A stretch of DNA of 64,000 nucleotides from Vulcanimicrobiota bacterium (lineage in GTDB: Bacteria; Vulcanimicrobiota; Vulcanimicrobiia; Vulcanimicrobiales; Vulcanimicrobiaceae). A program made the translations under genes and the position numbers. The stretch spans positions 1,856,001 through 1,920,000 of the forward strand of contig OY970223.1 of NCBI GenBank assembly GCA_963714015.1. The letters are read 5' to 3'. Of the stretch, positions 1 through 9,112 are shown one piece after another; within the stretch, counting starts at the first letter, position 1, and each line of letters begins with the position of its first letter. The notes beneath the pieces were generated by a model. It saw only the letters and a list, made by a program, of their open reading frames with translations. It had not been told where the DNA came from and searched no databases.

Positions 1-3000
1 GCGCAAGCCCATACCGCTTCGACCACAACCTGGCTATGGCTGTTGATCGGGGCCGGCTTCGTCTTGCGCTTGATCTTCATGGGCAACGAGGGCTTCAAGG
101 CCGACGTCGGTACGTTCGAAGCATGGTCGCTCACCCTCGCGAGCCACTCGTTCGCGCAGTTCTACGGATCGGCCGGCTTTGCGGATTATCCGCCCGGTTA
201 TTTCTATGTCTTATGGGTCGTCGGGCACGTGTTCGCGGCGCTGCCGGCACACGGCGATTACACGTTGCTCAAGTATTTGGTGAAGTTGCCCGCGGTGCTC
301 ATGGACCTCGCGGACGGTGCAATTCTCTACGCGATCGCGCGACGGTTTGCCTCAGATCGTTTCGCGCTGGGCGTTGCCGCACTGTTTCTTTTGAATCCGG
401 CGATCATTTTCATCTCGGCGGCGTGGGGACAGGTCGATTCGATCTCGGCCGGACTCTCGCTCCTCGCGGTGTTTCTGATGCTTCGCTCGGACGAACGCGG
501 CGGTACGGATATCGTGCTGGCGTGGCTCGCCCTCGCGTATTCGCTGCTGATCAAACCGCAGGCGGCGGTGCTCATTCCGCTTTTCATAGCATTTGCCTTA
601 GTTCCGAATGCGAGAAGATCGATGCGGATGACGTATACCGGCGCAGGCGTCATTGCAGCGGTCGTTCTGGCTTTCGTGCTGACCGTGCCCTTTCATCCGT
701 CAATCAATCCGGCGGACGTGTTCGGCTGGCTCTATCAGAAGTATGAATTCGGAAAGAACGTCTATGCTTACAACTCGGTAAACGCATTCAATCTGTGGAC
801 AGCGATGCCGGGCAAGCGATTCTGGCAGCCCGATTCGCAATACATTGCGATGTTTCCGCAGTACGTCTGGGGCATGCTGCTCGTCGCCGCCGCGACCGTG
901 ATCGTAATCGTGCGGTACGTCGCCGATCGCTCGGCGCAGGCGTTCGTAGAAGCGGCGGCGCTGTTGACGCTCTCGTTCTTCATGCTCGCGACGCGCATGC
1001 ACGAACGGTATATTTACGACGGCTTGCTTTTCACGATGGCCGCTGTTCCGGTCGCCCGGCGCTATTTTTGGGCGGCGATTGCATTTTCGTTCACCCTATT
1101 CATCAATCTGTTTTACTCGTTGAATTACGTAACGGTGGTTTCGGGAGGGGCTCCGGGCGTCGATCCGACCGATATCTGGCCGGCGGTGACGCATCCGCTC
1201 TCGATTTTGAACGTGGCCGTGTTCTTTTATCTCGGCTACGTGTTTTTGGGTCCTGCGGCTTCCGTCGAAGGGCGATCTTCAGCGGATGGCGTTGCCGCTG
1301 CGCCGGAGTCACCGCTGGCTTGGTTGAACCTGCGGCCGGCGCGGACGTGGTTCAACCCGCGCGAGGGCCTGGCGTCGATGGTTTGGCCGCTGGACTACCT
1401 GCTCGCCGGATCGTTCGGCGTCCTTTCCTTCCTCGTCTCGTTCGTCAATTATTGGCTCCCGAATAAAACGGACCAGTGCTGGTCGGTCGTTGCCGGCATT
1501 ACGCGTTGCGGCATCTTCGACGAGATTTACTTTGCGCGCGCGGCTGAAGAATACCTGACGGGCAAATACATCTACGAGAACACGCATCCGCCTCTCACGA
1601 AACTGATCATCACGCTCTCGACGATGATGTTCGGCGGAATGGCGCATGGCGACAGTACGTACGGATGGCGCTTTTTGGACGTCCTGTTCGGCGCAATTGC
1701 GATCGTCATACTGTATGCATTCGCAAGACGCTTGACGCGGTCGACGCTGTTTGCGTCGCTTGCCGCGATCCTGTTCATTGCGGACGGCATGCACTTCGTG
1801 CAGTCCCGCATCGCCACGCCCGAAGGGATCGTGGTAGTGTTTTCGCTCGGAACGCTCTATGCGTTTTACCGCTTCTGGATCGCCTCGCAGTCGACGACTC
1901 GCCGATACGAACCGCAAACGCTCATCCGTGCCGGCATCTGCGCCGGCGGCGGACTCCTCCTAGGATTTGTAAGCGGCGCGCTGGCCGCAACGCTGGCGGC
2001 GCCTCCGCATTCCACTGCGTCGTACATCGTTTCGGGTGTGTATTTCACTTTCGGCTGGTACTTGGTGCTGCGCTTGTGGGTGGTGCCTCGGCTGCTGCCG
2101 GCCGATGGCGAGTTCGTCGCGTATCCTGAGGGCAGCATCGCGATACGCAGCGCGAACGGCGCTATCTTGCACACGCCCGACGGCGGAGAAGCCTCGCCCG
2201 AGCGAAAGGCGCCGCGCGCGGGACGCGTCAGCCGGGTGAACAAAGGCGAACTGGTTTTCAAAGAAGAGCAAGCGACGATAACGTACGGACGGGATCTATC
2301 CGTGGCCTATGCCACCCCTGAAGGAAGCGCAACGTATACGCCCGGCGTGGTGATCGACGATATGGGCGAGAAGCAAGAGGGGCGCCATGCAACTGCGTGG
2401 CTGATTGCCTTTACCTTGCTGCTGGGCGCGCTCGTTGCGAGCAAATGGTATGGCGTAATGGCGTACGGCGTTTCCTTCGTCGTGATTGCTTACGTTTGGC
2501 TGCAGCGTTATCTTCAGGAAGGCAGGACCAAACACTGGGGCAGCCCCTTCGGCTTCCGCCTGGACGTTGCAGCCGCCGCGATTGTGTTCTTGAGCATGAG
2601 CGTGTACATCTGCGTGTGGATCCCGGATTTCTTCCGGCACATCGAGATCAAGAACGTCACCGATCTGGTGTACCGGCAGTACACGATGTTCGAGTATCAT
2701 GACACGCTCAAAGCAACGCATCCGTACCAGTCGGCCTGGTGGCAGTGGCCGCTGGATCTGCGCCCTATCGCTTATTACTGGAAAGACTTGCGCGGAGCAG
2801 TACAGGCCAGCAACCCGAACGCATGCTGCGTGGCCGAGGTGATTTCGTTACCCAATCCGCTGATTCTGTGGTTCGGCCTGCTTTGCGTGCCCCTCGTCGG
2901 ATACTTGGCATGGCGGGAGAAGAACAAAGGCTATGCGCTTCTCGTGGTAGCGTACATTTTGCAGTGGGTGCCGTGGGCGCGTTCCCCCCGCATCACGTTC

Positions 3001-3240
3001 GCCTATCATTTTTACGTAGACATTCCGATCATCGTGCTCTGCAACGTCATCATCCTCCAGCGCATCTGGAACGGGCATTTTCGCGAGGAGCGCCAGCAAC
3101 TTCTCGCGCGCATTGCTGTGGGCGCATACGGTGCCGCAGTCGTTTTGGCATTCATCTGGTTTTATCCCATCTTGGCCGGCGTTCCGCTCATTTGGAGCCA
3201 TTGGAACGCCCGCATGTGGCTAGGAAGTCGCTGGGTGTAG
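1..3240 (+). CDS. Double GT-C membrane glycosyltransferase (N-terminal GT87/PIG-like module plus GT39 protein O-mannosyltransferase module); frame is open to the window edge
   Basis: Many TM segments; DYPP and WGQVDS motifs in module 1; FDEIYFARAA...YENTHPPLTK and HPYQSAWWQWP (PMT motifs) in module 2; no stop in frame from base 1. Confidence 0.85.
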   Translation, partial: AQAHTASTTTWLWLLIGAGFVLRLIFMGNEGFKADVGTFEAWSLTLASHSFAQFYGSAGFADYPPGYFYVLWVVGHVFAALPAHGDYTLLKYLVKLPAVLMDLADGAILYAIARRFASDRFALGVAALFLLNPAIIFISAAWGQVDSISAGLSLLAVFLMLRSDERGGTDIVLAWLALAYSLLIKPQAAVLIPLFIAFALVPNARRSMRMTYTGAGVIAAVVLAFVLTVPFHPSINPADVFGWLYQKYEFGKNVYAYNSVNAFNLWTAMPGKRFWQPDSQYIAMFPQYVWGMLLVAAATVIVIVRYVADRSAQAFVEAAALLTLSFFMLATRMHERYIYDGLLFTMAAVPVARRYFWAAIAFSFTLFINLFYSLNYVTVVSGGAPGVDPTDIWPAVTHPLSILNVAVFFYLGYVFLGPAASVEGRSSADGVAAAPESPLAWLNLRPARTWFNPREGLASMVWPLDYLLAGSFGVLSFLVSFVNYWLPNKTDQCWSVVAGITRCGIFDEIYFARAAEEYLTGKYIYENTHPPLTKLIITLSTMMFGGMAHGDSTYGWRFLDVLFGAIAIVILYAFARRLTRSTLFASLAAILFIADGMHFVQSRIATPEGIVVVFSLGTLYAFYRFWIASQSTTRRYEPQTLIRAGICAGGGLLLGFVSGALAATLAAPPHSTASYIVSGVYFTFGWYLVLRLWVVPRLLPADGEFVAYPEGSIAIRSANGAILHTPDGGEASPERKAPRAGRVSRVNKGELVFKEEQATITYGRDLSVAYATPEGSATYTPGVVIDDMGEKQEGRHATAWLIAFTLLLGALVASKWYGVMAYGVSFVVIAYVWLQRYLQEGRTKHWGSPFGFRLDVAAAAIVFLSMSVYICVWIPDFFRHIEIKNVTDLVYRQYTMFEYHDTLKATHPYQSAWWQWPLDLRPIAYYWKDLRGAVQASNPNACCVAEVISLPNPLILWFGLLCVPLVGYLAWREKNKGYALLVVAYILQWVPWARSPRITFAYHFYVDIPIIVLCNVIILQRIWNGHFREERQQLLARIAVGAYGAAVVLAFIWFYPILAGVPLIWSHWNARMWLGSRWV

Positions 3241-3258
3241 GAGAAAGCGGAGCACCAA

Positions 3259-4002
3259 ATGTCCGGTCATTCGAAGTGGCACAATATCCGCCTGAAGAAG
3301 GGCAAAGTCGATGCGCAGCGCGGCGCCCTCTTCACCAAACTGAGCAAAGAGATCATCATCGCGGCCAAATCGGGTTCGTCGGACCCGGAGGCAAACTATC
3401 GCTTGAAAATGGCGGTAGAAAAGGCGCGCGAAAACAACATGCCGCAGGACAATATCAAACGCGCGATCGCGCGGGGTGCCGGCGGAGCGGGTGAAAAAGA
3501 GATCGAGGAAATCCGCTACGAGGGGTACGGACCGCATGGTGTCGCCGTAGTGGTTGACGCTGCGACGGATAATCGCAATCGCACCGCCGGAGAACTGCGG
3601 TTCATGTTCAGTAAGTACGGGGGCACGATGGGCGAGACCGGAAGCGTCGGGTGGATGTTCGATCCGGTCGGAATCATCGTGGTCGACCCGCAGGGGCGTT
3701 CGGAAGACGCGGTCACCGAAGCGGCGCTCGTGAACGGCGTCCTCGATTTGGAGTACGGGGAGCCGACGGAGATTTATACGGAACCCACACTTCTGGCCGA
3801 AGCGCGCGATGCTTTGCGCGCGGGCGGCCTGAAGATTTCGGATGCATATTTGGGCGTTCGCGCGAAACAAAAAGTTGCGCCGCAAGGCGAGCAGCTGACC
3901 GAAGCGTTGAACTTTTTGGAAGCGCTCGACGAACACGAAGACGTACAGCGAGTTTTTTCCAACCTGGACGTGTCCGAGGCGGCGCTCGAGGCACTGGCTT
4001 AG
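3259..4002 (+). CDS. yebC: YebC/PmpR family DNA-binding regulator
   Basis: MSGHSKWHNI start, YEGYGPHGVA, TDNRNRT. Confidence 0.97.
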   Translation: MSGHSKWHNIRLKKGKVDAQRGALFTKLSKEIIIAAKSGSSDPEANYRLKMAVEKARENNMPQDNIKRAIARGAGGAGEKEIEEIRYEGYGPHGVAVVVDAATDNRNRTAGELRFMFSKYGGTMGETGSVGWMFDPVGIIVVDPQGRSEDAVTEAALVNGVLDLEYGEPTEIYTEPTLLAEARDALRAGGLKISDAYLGVRAKQKVAPQGEQLTEALNFLEALDEHEDVQRVFSNLDVSEAALEALA

Positions 4003-5078
4003 TGGCTGACCTCGCGCGCCGTAAAATGAACGCAATCGAGCGCTACATTCCAAAGGACTGGGTCTTTCCGATCGTCTTTGCAGCGTTCGTGGGCGTGCTG
4101 GTTTGGTTCGGACATTCGATTCAGCAGTTCTTGCTGCCGGGACCGAATACCGTAACCGTTCCGTCATTCGTCGGGATGGCGCAGCCCGACGCGCAGAACG
4201 AGATCGCGCGCATGAACTTGAAGTCGACGATCGCGGGTCACGCCAGCAGCGCGCAATACCCGAAGGGCGTCGTGATGAATCAGGAACCGCAGTCGGGAAT
4301 GCGGGTTCGCGCCGGACGGGAGATTTCGCTCGTCATCAGCGACGGGACGCAGACGATCCTGATGCCGGACGTGCGCTATCAATCGGTGCGGGACGCGAAG
4401 CTGGACCTTTCACATTCACGGCTGCTCGTGACGAAAACGCAGTACGTGCGCAACGACGACATTCCGCCGGATCACGTGATTTCGCAGAACCCCGACCCGG
4501 GGGTAAGCGTGACCGAAGGGACCAACGTCTCGCTGCTGGTCAGCAAGGGCGGGATCACCTCGATCAAGGTTCCAAACTTTGCCGGAATGACGATCGACGA
4601 AGCGCGCGGGCTCGCGAGCGACCTGCACGTCAAACTCGGCCAAGTCGTCTGGACGCCGCTGGGGAAGAACGGTCCGCCGCACGGACAAGTGGTGCGTCAA
4701 AAACCGGACGCGGGAGAGACGATCGGTCCATACGACGTCGTCTCACTCGACGTTAGCGCGGGTCCGAACGAATCGGGCTACATCATTCACCAAACTCACG
4801 TGCTGGCGGCGGTGCCGCCGGCGGAGAATGGACAGAACAATGCGCTGCACGTGCGGTTTTCGGTCAGCGATGCAACCGGAAAATACGACCTGTACGATGG
4901 ATACGCGCAGCCCGGTCAAAAATTCGACTTCAACGTGACGACGATCGGCACGTCGGCGATTTATTTCTTCGTCAACGACACGCTGCTCGGTGAAACCAAA
5001 GTTGGCCAGGAACCGCCGAATGCTTACGGCGGCACCGGCTCGAGCAAAGGCGGTCCATCCGTCGAGGCGACGCCTTGA
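4002..5078 (+). CDS. Membrane-anchored triple PASTA-domain protein
   Basis: N-terminal TM helix, three VPxxxG...VxxQxP repeats; GTG start overlaps the yebC stop. Confidence 0.88.
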   Translation: MADLARRKMNAIERYIPKDWVFPIVFAAFVGVLVWFGHSIQQFLLPGPNTVTVPSFVGMAQPDAQNEIARMNLKSTIAGHASSAQYPKGVVMNQEPQSGMRVRAGREISLVISDGTQTILMPDVRYQSVRDAKLDLSHSRLLVTKTQYVRNDDIPPDHVISQNPDPGVSVTEGTNVSLLVSKGGITSIKVPNFAGMTIDEARGLASDLHVKLGQVVWTPLGKNGPPHGQVVRQKPDAGETIGPYDVVSLDVSAGPNESGYIIHQTHVLAAVPPAENGQNNALHVRFSVSDATGKYDLYDGYAQPGQKFDFNVTTIGTSAIYFFVNDTLLGETKVGQEPPNAYGGTGSSKGGPSVEATP

Positions 5079-5746
5079 GCGCGCGTATAGCGCCCTCGGT
5101 GCTTTCGGCGGATTTTTCGAAGATCGTCGAGGAGATCGCTGCGGTCGAGCGCGGCGGTGCGGATCGCGTGCACTTAGACGTCATGGACGGGCGCTTCGTT
5201 CCGAACATCACCTGGGGACCGAAGGTTATCGCCGATCTACGCGCCCATACGCGTCTTCCGTTCGACTGCCATCTGATGATCGTGGAACCTGAACGTTATG
5301 TCGAAGCTTTTCGCGATGCGGGGGCGGATTGTATCACGTTTCATCTCGAAGCGACGAACCACGCGCAGCGGCTGCTGGCTCATATACGCGGAATTGGTGC
5401 AAAGGCTGGGATCTCGATTTGCCCGCAAACGCCGGTTTCGATGCTTGCCGATCTGATCGAAGACGTCGATTTGATTTTGGTCATGAGCGTGAATCCCGGA
5501 TTCGGCGGCCAGCGGTTCATCGTACATGCGCTCGAGAAGATTCGTCAGGCGCGCGATCTGGTTGCGGGCGCCGGTGTCCCATGCGAGATTGAAGTGGATG
5601 GCGGCGTGACGCTGGAGAACGCCGGGCAGATTGCCTCAGCCGGAGCCGACGTTTTGGTGGCCGGTTCGGCGATATTCGAGACCCGGGACCCCGCAGAGAC
5701 GACGCGCGCGTTTTGCCGGGCCGTCGACGGAGTGCCCGCTCGCTGA
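5075..5746 (+). CDS. rpe: Ribulose-phosphate 3-epimerase
   Basis: IAPSVLSADF, HLDVMDGRFVPN, MSVNPGFGGQ, IEVDGG. Confidence 0.98.
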   Translation: MSARIAPSVLSADFSKIVEEIAAVERGGADRVHLDVMDGRFVPNITWGPKVIADLRAHTRLPFDCHLMIVEPERYVEAFRDAGADCITFHLEATNHAQRLLAHIRGIGAKAGISICPQTPVSMLADLIEDVDLILVMSVNPGFGGQRFIVHALEKIRQARDLVAGAGVPCEIEVDGGVTLENAGQIASAGADVLVAGSAIFETRDPAETTRAFCRAVDGVPAR

Positions 5747-6756
5747 GTCGATCGCAATCGGAGGACGTTCTGGTCGCGCGTCTGCGCGAATTGATTGAAG
5801 CGCATCCCGGCAACGCGCGACTGCTCAATCGAATCGGCGACGACGCTGCGCTTTGGCAGCCGTCGCGCTCGCATCGCAGCGTCATCACGAGCGACGTGCT
5901 GGTGGAGGAACGCCACTTCCGCCGCGACACGATGCGATTGCGCGACGTCGGCATACGCGCAATGGCGGCGAACTTGAGCGATCTGGCAGCGATGGGCGCG
6001 CGTCCCGTGCTGGCGACTGTGGCGCTAGGCGTACCCACGGACGTTTCGTTCGAGGACGTCCTCGAACTCTACGGCGGGATACTCGAACTCTGCGAGCGGC
6101 ATCGCTGCGCACTGGCCGGTGGCGATTTGAGCGGGTCGGAGCGTCTTTTCATTGCGATAACCGCGGTCGGTGAAGTTCGGCCTTCGAACGTGAAGGGCCG
6201 TAGCGGAGCTCGGCCGAGCGACGTGGCGGCCGTGACCGGTCCGCTGGGTGCGAGCCGGGCGGGGCTAATGCTTTCCCGGAATGCCGGGATGCTGGCCGGC
6301 GAGTTGCAAGAAGAAGCCGTTGCCGCACATTGCCGGCCACGACCGCGGATCGCGGAGGGGCGTTGGCTTGCGGCGAGCGGAAATGTGCATGCCATGATGG
6401 ATATCTCCGACGGGCTGTCGACGGATTTGGCGCGCATGTCGTCGGCATCGCAGTGCGGAGCCGTCATTACCGGCATTCCCCTCGCAGCGAGCGCCGTGGC
6501 GGCCGCGCGCGCGATCGGCGAAGAATCCGAGCAGTTCGCACTGGCCGGCGGTGAGGATTTCGAATTGCTGGCTGCGATCGACGCGCGCGCATTCCGGTAT
6601 CTTGCCGGACGTTTTCAGAAGCGCTTCGGGCGCCCGCTTTTTCAAGTCGGCGTTTTTGACCGCAACGCCGGCGTACGTCTCTGCCGGAACGGGCAAGAAG
6701 AGTTGCTCAAAGGATCCGGCTGGGATCACTTCTCGGATCGACCGGCGGCGCGATGA
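5743..6756 (+). CDS. thiL: Thiamine-phosphate kinase (exact start uncertain)
   Basis: IGDDAA, NLSDLAAMGARP, MDISDGL, GGEDFELL. Confidence 0.95.
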   Translation: MSRSQSEDVLVARLRELIEAHPGNARLLNRIGDDAALWQPSRSHRSVITSDVLVEERHFRRDTMRLRDVGIRAMAANLSDLAAMGARPVLATVALGVPTDVSFEDVLELYGGILELCERHRCALAGGDLSGSERLFIAITAVGEVRPSNVKGRSGARPSDVAAVTGPLGASRAGLMLSRNAGMLAGELQEEAVAAHCRPRPRIAEGRWLAASGNVHAMMDISDGLSTDLARMSSASQCGAVITGIPLAASAVAAARAIGEESEQFALAGGEDFELLAAIDARAFRYLAGRFQKRFGRPLFQVGVFDRNAGVRLCRNGQEELLKGSGWDHFSDRPAAR

Positions 6757-7709
6757 CGAGCCCCGACCTTCCCAGACTTCCGCTGATCGGTTCCATTCAA
6801 AACACGGTCGGCATGGGATTCATCGGCAATCAAGCCGTATTTGCCGTAGCGAATGCGCTGGGCGCGCGCGTTGCCGCGGTCCCTACGTCGTACGCGAGTG
6901 CGCACGCGGGATTCCCCGGACGGGCGACGGCGAGCGTCGATCCGCAGCAGTTCGGCAAAGACGTCGCGTTTTTGGTCAGCCAACAGCCCGCCGTGCTCAT
7001 CGTCGGCTATGTCCCGCGTCCGAACCTGGCGGACATCATCGCAAACCAGCTCACGGATTACAAAGGCGTCGTTCTGCTGGATCCGGTGATCGGCCATTAC
7101 CAAAAAGGCCTGTACGTCACCGCCGAAACCGCGCGCGCCATCCGCGATTATTTGGTGCCGGCCGCGCAGATCGTCACGCCGAATCGCTTTGAAGCGGAAG
7201 TGCTGTTGGGAATGTCCGCCGGAGATTCGGTCACGGAGTACGCATTTCTGAACGGCATCTTCGATTTGGGACCCCAGGCGGTTATCGTGACGTCGTTCGA
7301 ACGCGAACCCGAGAAGCGCCGCATGAAGATGCTCTTCACCAACGGTTACACGTATTGCCGGATCGCGACGCCGTTCTATTCGACCTTTCCCGCGCACGGT
7401 GCCGGGGATGTGTTTGCCGCCGGCGTAGGTGCGCTTGTGGCGATGGGCGGCTCGCCGTTTGCCGGCGCACTTTTGAGCGCGGCGCTCTGCGCCCGCGCGG
7501 TTGCGAATACGACGCACTACGGGGGCGATTGCGTCGATCCGGTGGCCGCGCTGGAGAAATGGAAGCCGGCCGGGTATCAATTTGAAGACGAACGCGCGAT
7601 GCAGTTCGTTCGCGCCACGAACGTGGAAGCGGAACTGATCAAGCCGAGCCAAGACGACGGCGCGCGCCTGAAGTTTGCTCCGCCGAAGAACAAGATTATC
7701 TACGGCTAA
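6753..7709 (+). CDS. Pyridoxal/HMP kinase family (PfkB-like) protein
   Basis: DPVIG, TPNRFEAE, HGAGDVF ribokinase-family signature. Confidence 0.85.
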   Translation: MTSPDLPRLPLIGSIQNTVGMGFIGNQAVFAVANALGARVAAVPTSYASAHAGFPGRATASVDPQQFGKDVAFLVSQQPAVLIVGYVPRPNLADIIANQLTDYKGVVLLDPVIGHYQKGLYVTAETARAIRDYLVPAAQIVTPNRFEAEVLLGMSAGDSVTEYAFLNGIFDLGPQAVIVTSFEREPEKRRMKMLFTNGYTYCRIATPFYSTFPAHGAGDVFAAGVGALVAMGGSPFAGALLSAALCARAVANTTHYGGDCVDPVAALEKWKPAGYQFEDERAMQFVRATNVEAELIKPSQDDGARLKFAPPKNKIIYG

Positions 7710-8140
7710 TGTTCAGTCCGCTGCAGATTGAGATCGGAGCGACGGAGCGGCCACCGCGGCTGATGCTCGAGGTGCTGGATTACGAGCATCCCGAGCGCGC
7801 GGAGCCCGCGAATTTGGATTTGCTGCAGTGCCGCATTACCGCGCACGCATTGCCGGTGGAAGCGACGTTCGAGTTGTCCATCGGGGTTTGGGAGCTGCTC
7901 GAGGTACGCGACTATTTGCAGAAGATCGTCAGCGGAAACGGACCCTCGCACAGCTTCAATTTGGCCGGAGGACTGCTTTCGCTATCCTTTGCGCCGTCGC
8001 GCCGCGGTCCCGTGCTCTGTGCCGTGCTGCTTAAGACGATCGACGCATCGCACGTGCGCCTCGAGTTTCTGATTACCCTTGAACCCCAGGACATCTCCCG
8101 CACGGTTTTTGACATGGCTCGCCTGGAGGCGGTTACTTAG
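7709..8140 (+). CDS. Hypothetical protein
   Basis: Start overlaps the upstream stop (TAATG); last gene of the apparent operon. Confidence 0.7.
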   Translation: MFSPLQIEIGATERPPRLMLEVLDYEHPERAEPANLDLLQCRITAHALPVEATFELSIGVWELLEVRDYLQKIVSGNGPSHSFNLAGGLLSLSFAPSRRGPVLCAVLLKTIDASHVRLEFLITLEPQDISRTVFDMARLEAVT

Positions 8141-8177
8141 CCGGAACTCGCTCGTACGCTGCTGGACGGAATATCGG

Positions 8178-8978
8178 CTACTCGTCGATTTGTACGCCGA
8201 TGCCCGCGCCGACGTAGTTGAACGTCTGCGCAGGATTCCCGGTCAGAGCATGGCCGAGCTCGGCGTCAACCTCGAGGTGAGATCCGATCAGATGTTGGAT
8301 GCCGTAATCCACAAACGCCCGCCCTCCGGCATTCGGCGCGATTTTGCTTTGATAGACGTACTCGAAATACAATTGGTAATCGCGCGGGAACTGCCGTGTC
8401 GCTACGATTGAAGGCGTCCAGAGCGCATAACGCGCGAACGTCCCGGCTTCCGGCGAGCCGCTGGCCGATTCGAATGCTTGGGTTGTTCCGATACTGAATG
8501 AATTGGTCAGCGAACACGCTATATCGGCATTGGCGGTTGCGGTATATCCGCCCGCGGTGAATGCTTCGGAGCCGTTGGGCGTAGTGTACAGGCCGTCGAA
8601 TCCAAAGACGCAGCCGCTTTCGGGAGCGAGCTCGTATTTCAATCCAATTCCATTGTCTTGTAGGCCGGCCGCACCGTTTGCATTCGTTGTAGTCCGGTTT
8701 TGTGCAGGCCCGATAACGTCGAGTTCCAGGCGGGGCGCTACGCCGATGCGCGTAAAACTCTGAGGATACTGTTCAAGCGTTTCTCCCGAACCTTCCGCCT
8801 CTCGCTGATATCCCTCTTCGAACACGACTGTATGCGCCGCCACGGCACATGCGCTAAAGCCGACCGTCGGTCTGTTCAGCGTGGCCAGCAACCGCGCTTC
8901 TCCGCCGCACGGATCGGGCGTGGGAGCCGGCGATGGTGAGGACGCGGTCAGCAAAGCCGTCGCGATCAAGGCGAGCAT
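8178..8978 (-). CDS. Exported putative outer-membrane beta-barrel ('transporter'/phenol MetA-pathway-like)
   Basis: Signal peptide, SPSPAPTP linker, NRPT motif, alternating beta-strand pattern. Confidence 0.65.
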   Translation of the reverse strand: MLALIATALLTASSPSPAPTPDPCGGEARLLATLNRPTVGFSACAVAAHTVVFEEGYQREAEGSGETLEQYPQSFTRIGVAPRLELDVIGPAQNRTTTNANGAAGLQDNGIGLKYELAPESGCVFGFDGLYTTPNGSEAFTAGGYTATANADIACSLTNSFSIGTTQAFESASGSPEAGTFARYALWTPSIVATRQFPRDYQLYFEYVYQSKIAPNAGGRAFVDYGIQHLIGSHLEVDAELGHALTGNPAQTFNYVGAGIGVQIDE

Positions 8979-9034
8979 GCGTACCTAATGCAATTTTCAG
9001 CCGCCGACCCCTACGTGCCGAATTCGAGGAGCGA

Positions 9035-9077
9035 AACTAAAAACATAGTTGACCGCCGGCATCCTGCGTGGTATGGT
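9035..9077 (+). promoter_or_regulatory. Sigma70-type promoter TTGACC-17-TATGGT with overlapping operator AACTAA-N4-ATAGTT
   Basis: Read directly; same layout as at 14131-14190. Confidence 0.65.
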
Positions 9078-9112
9078 CCAAGCGTTCTCGGCAGCGTCAT
9101 CCCGGAGGTCTC

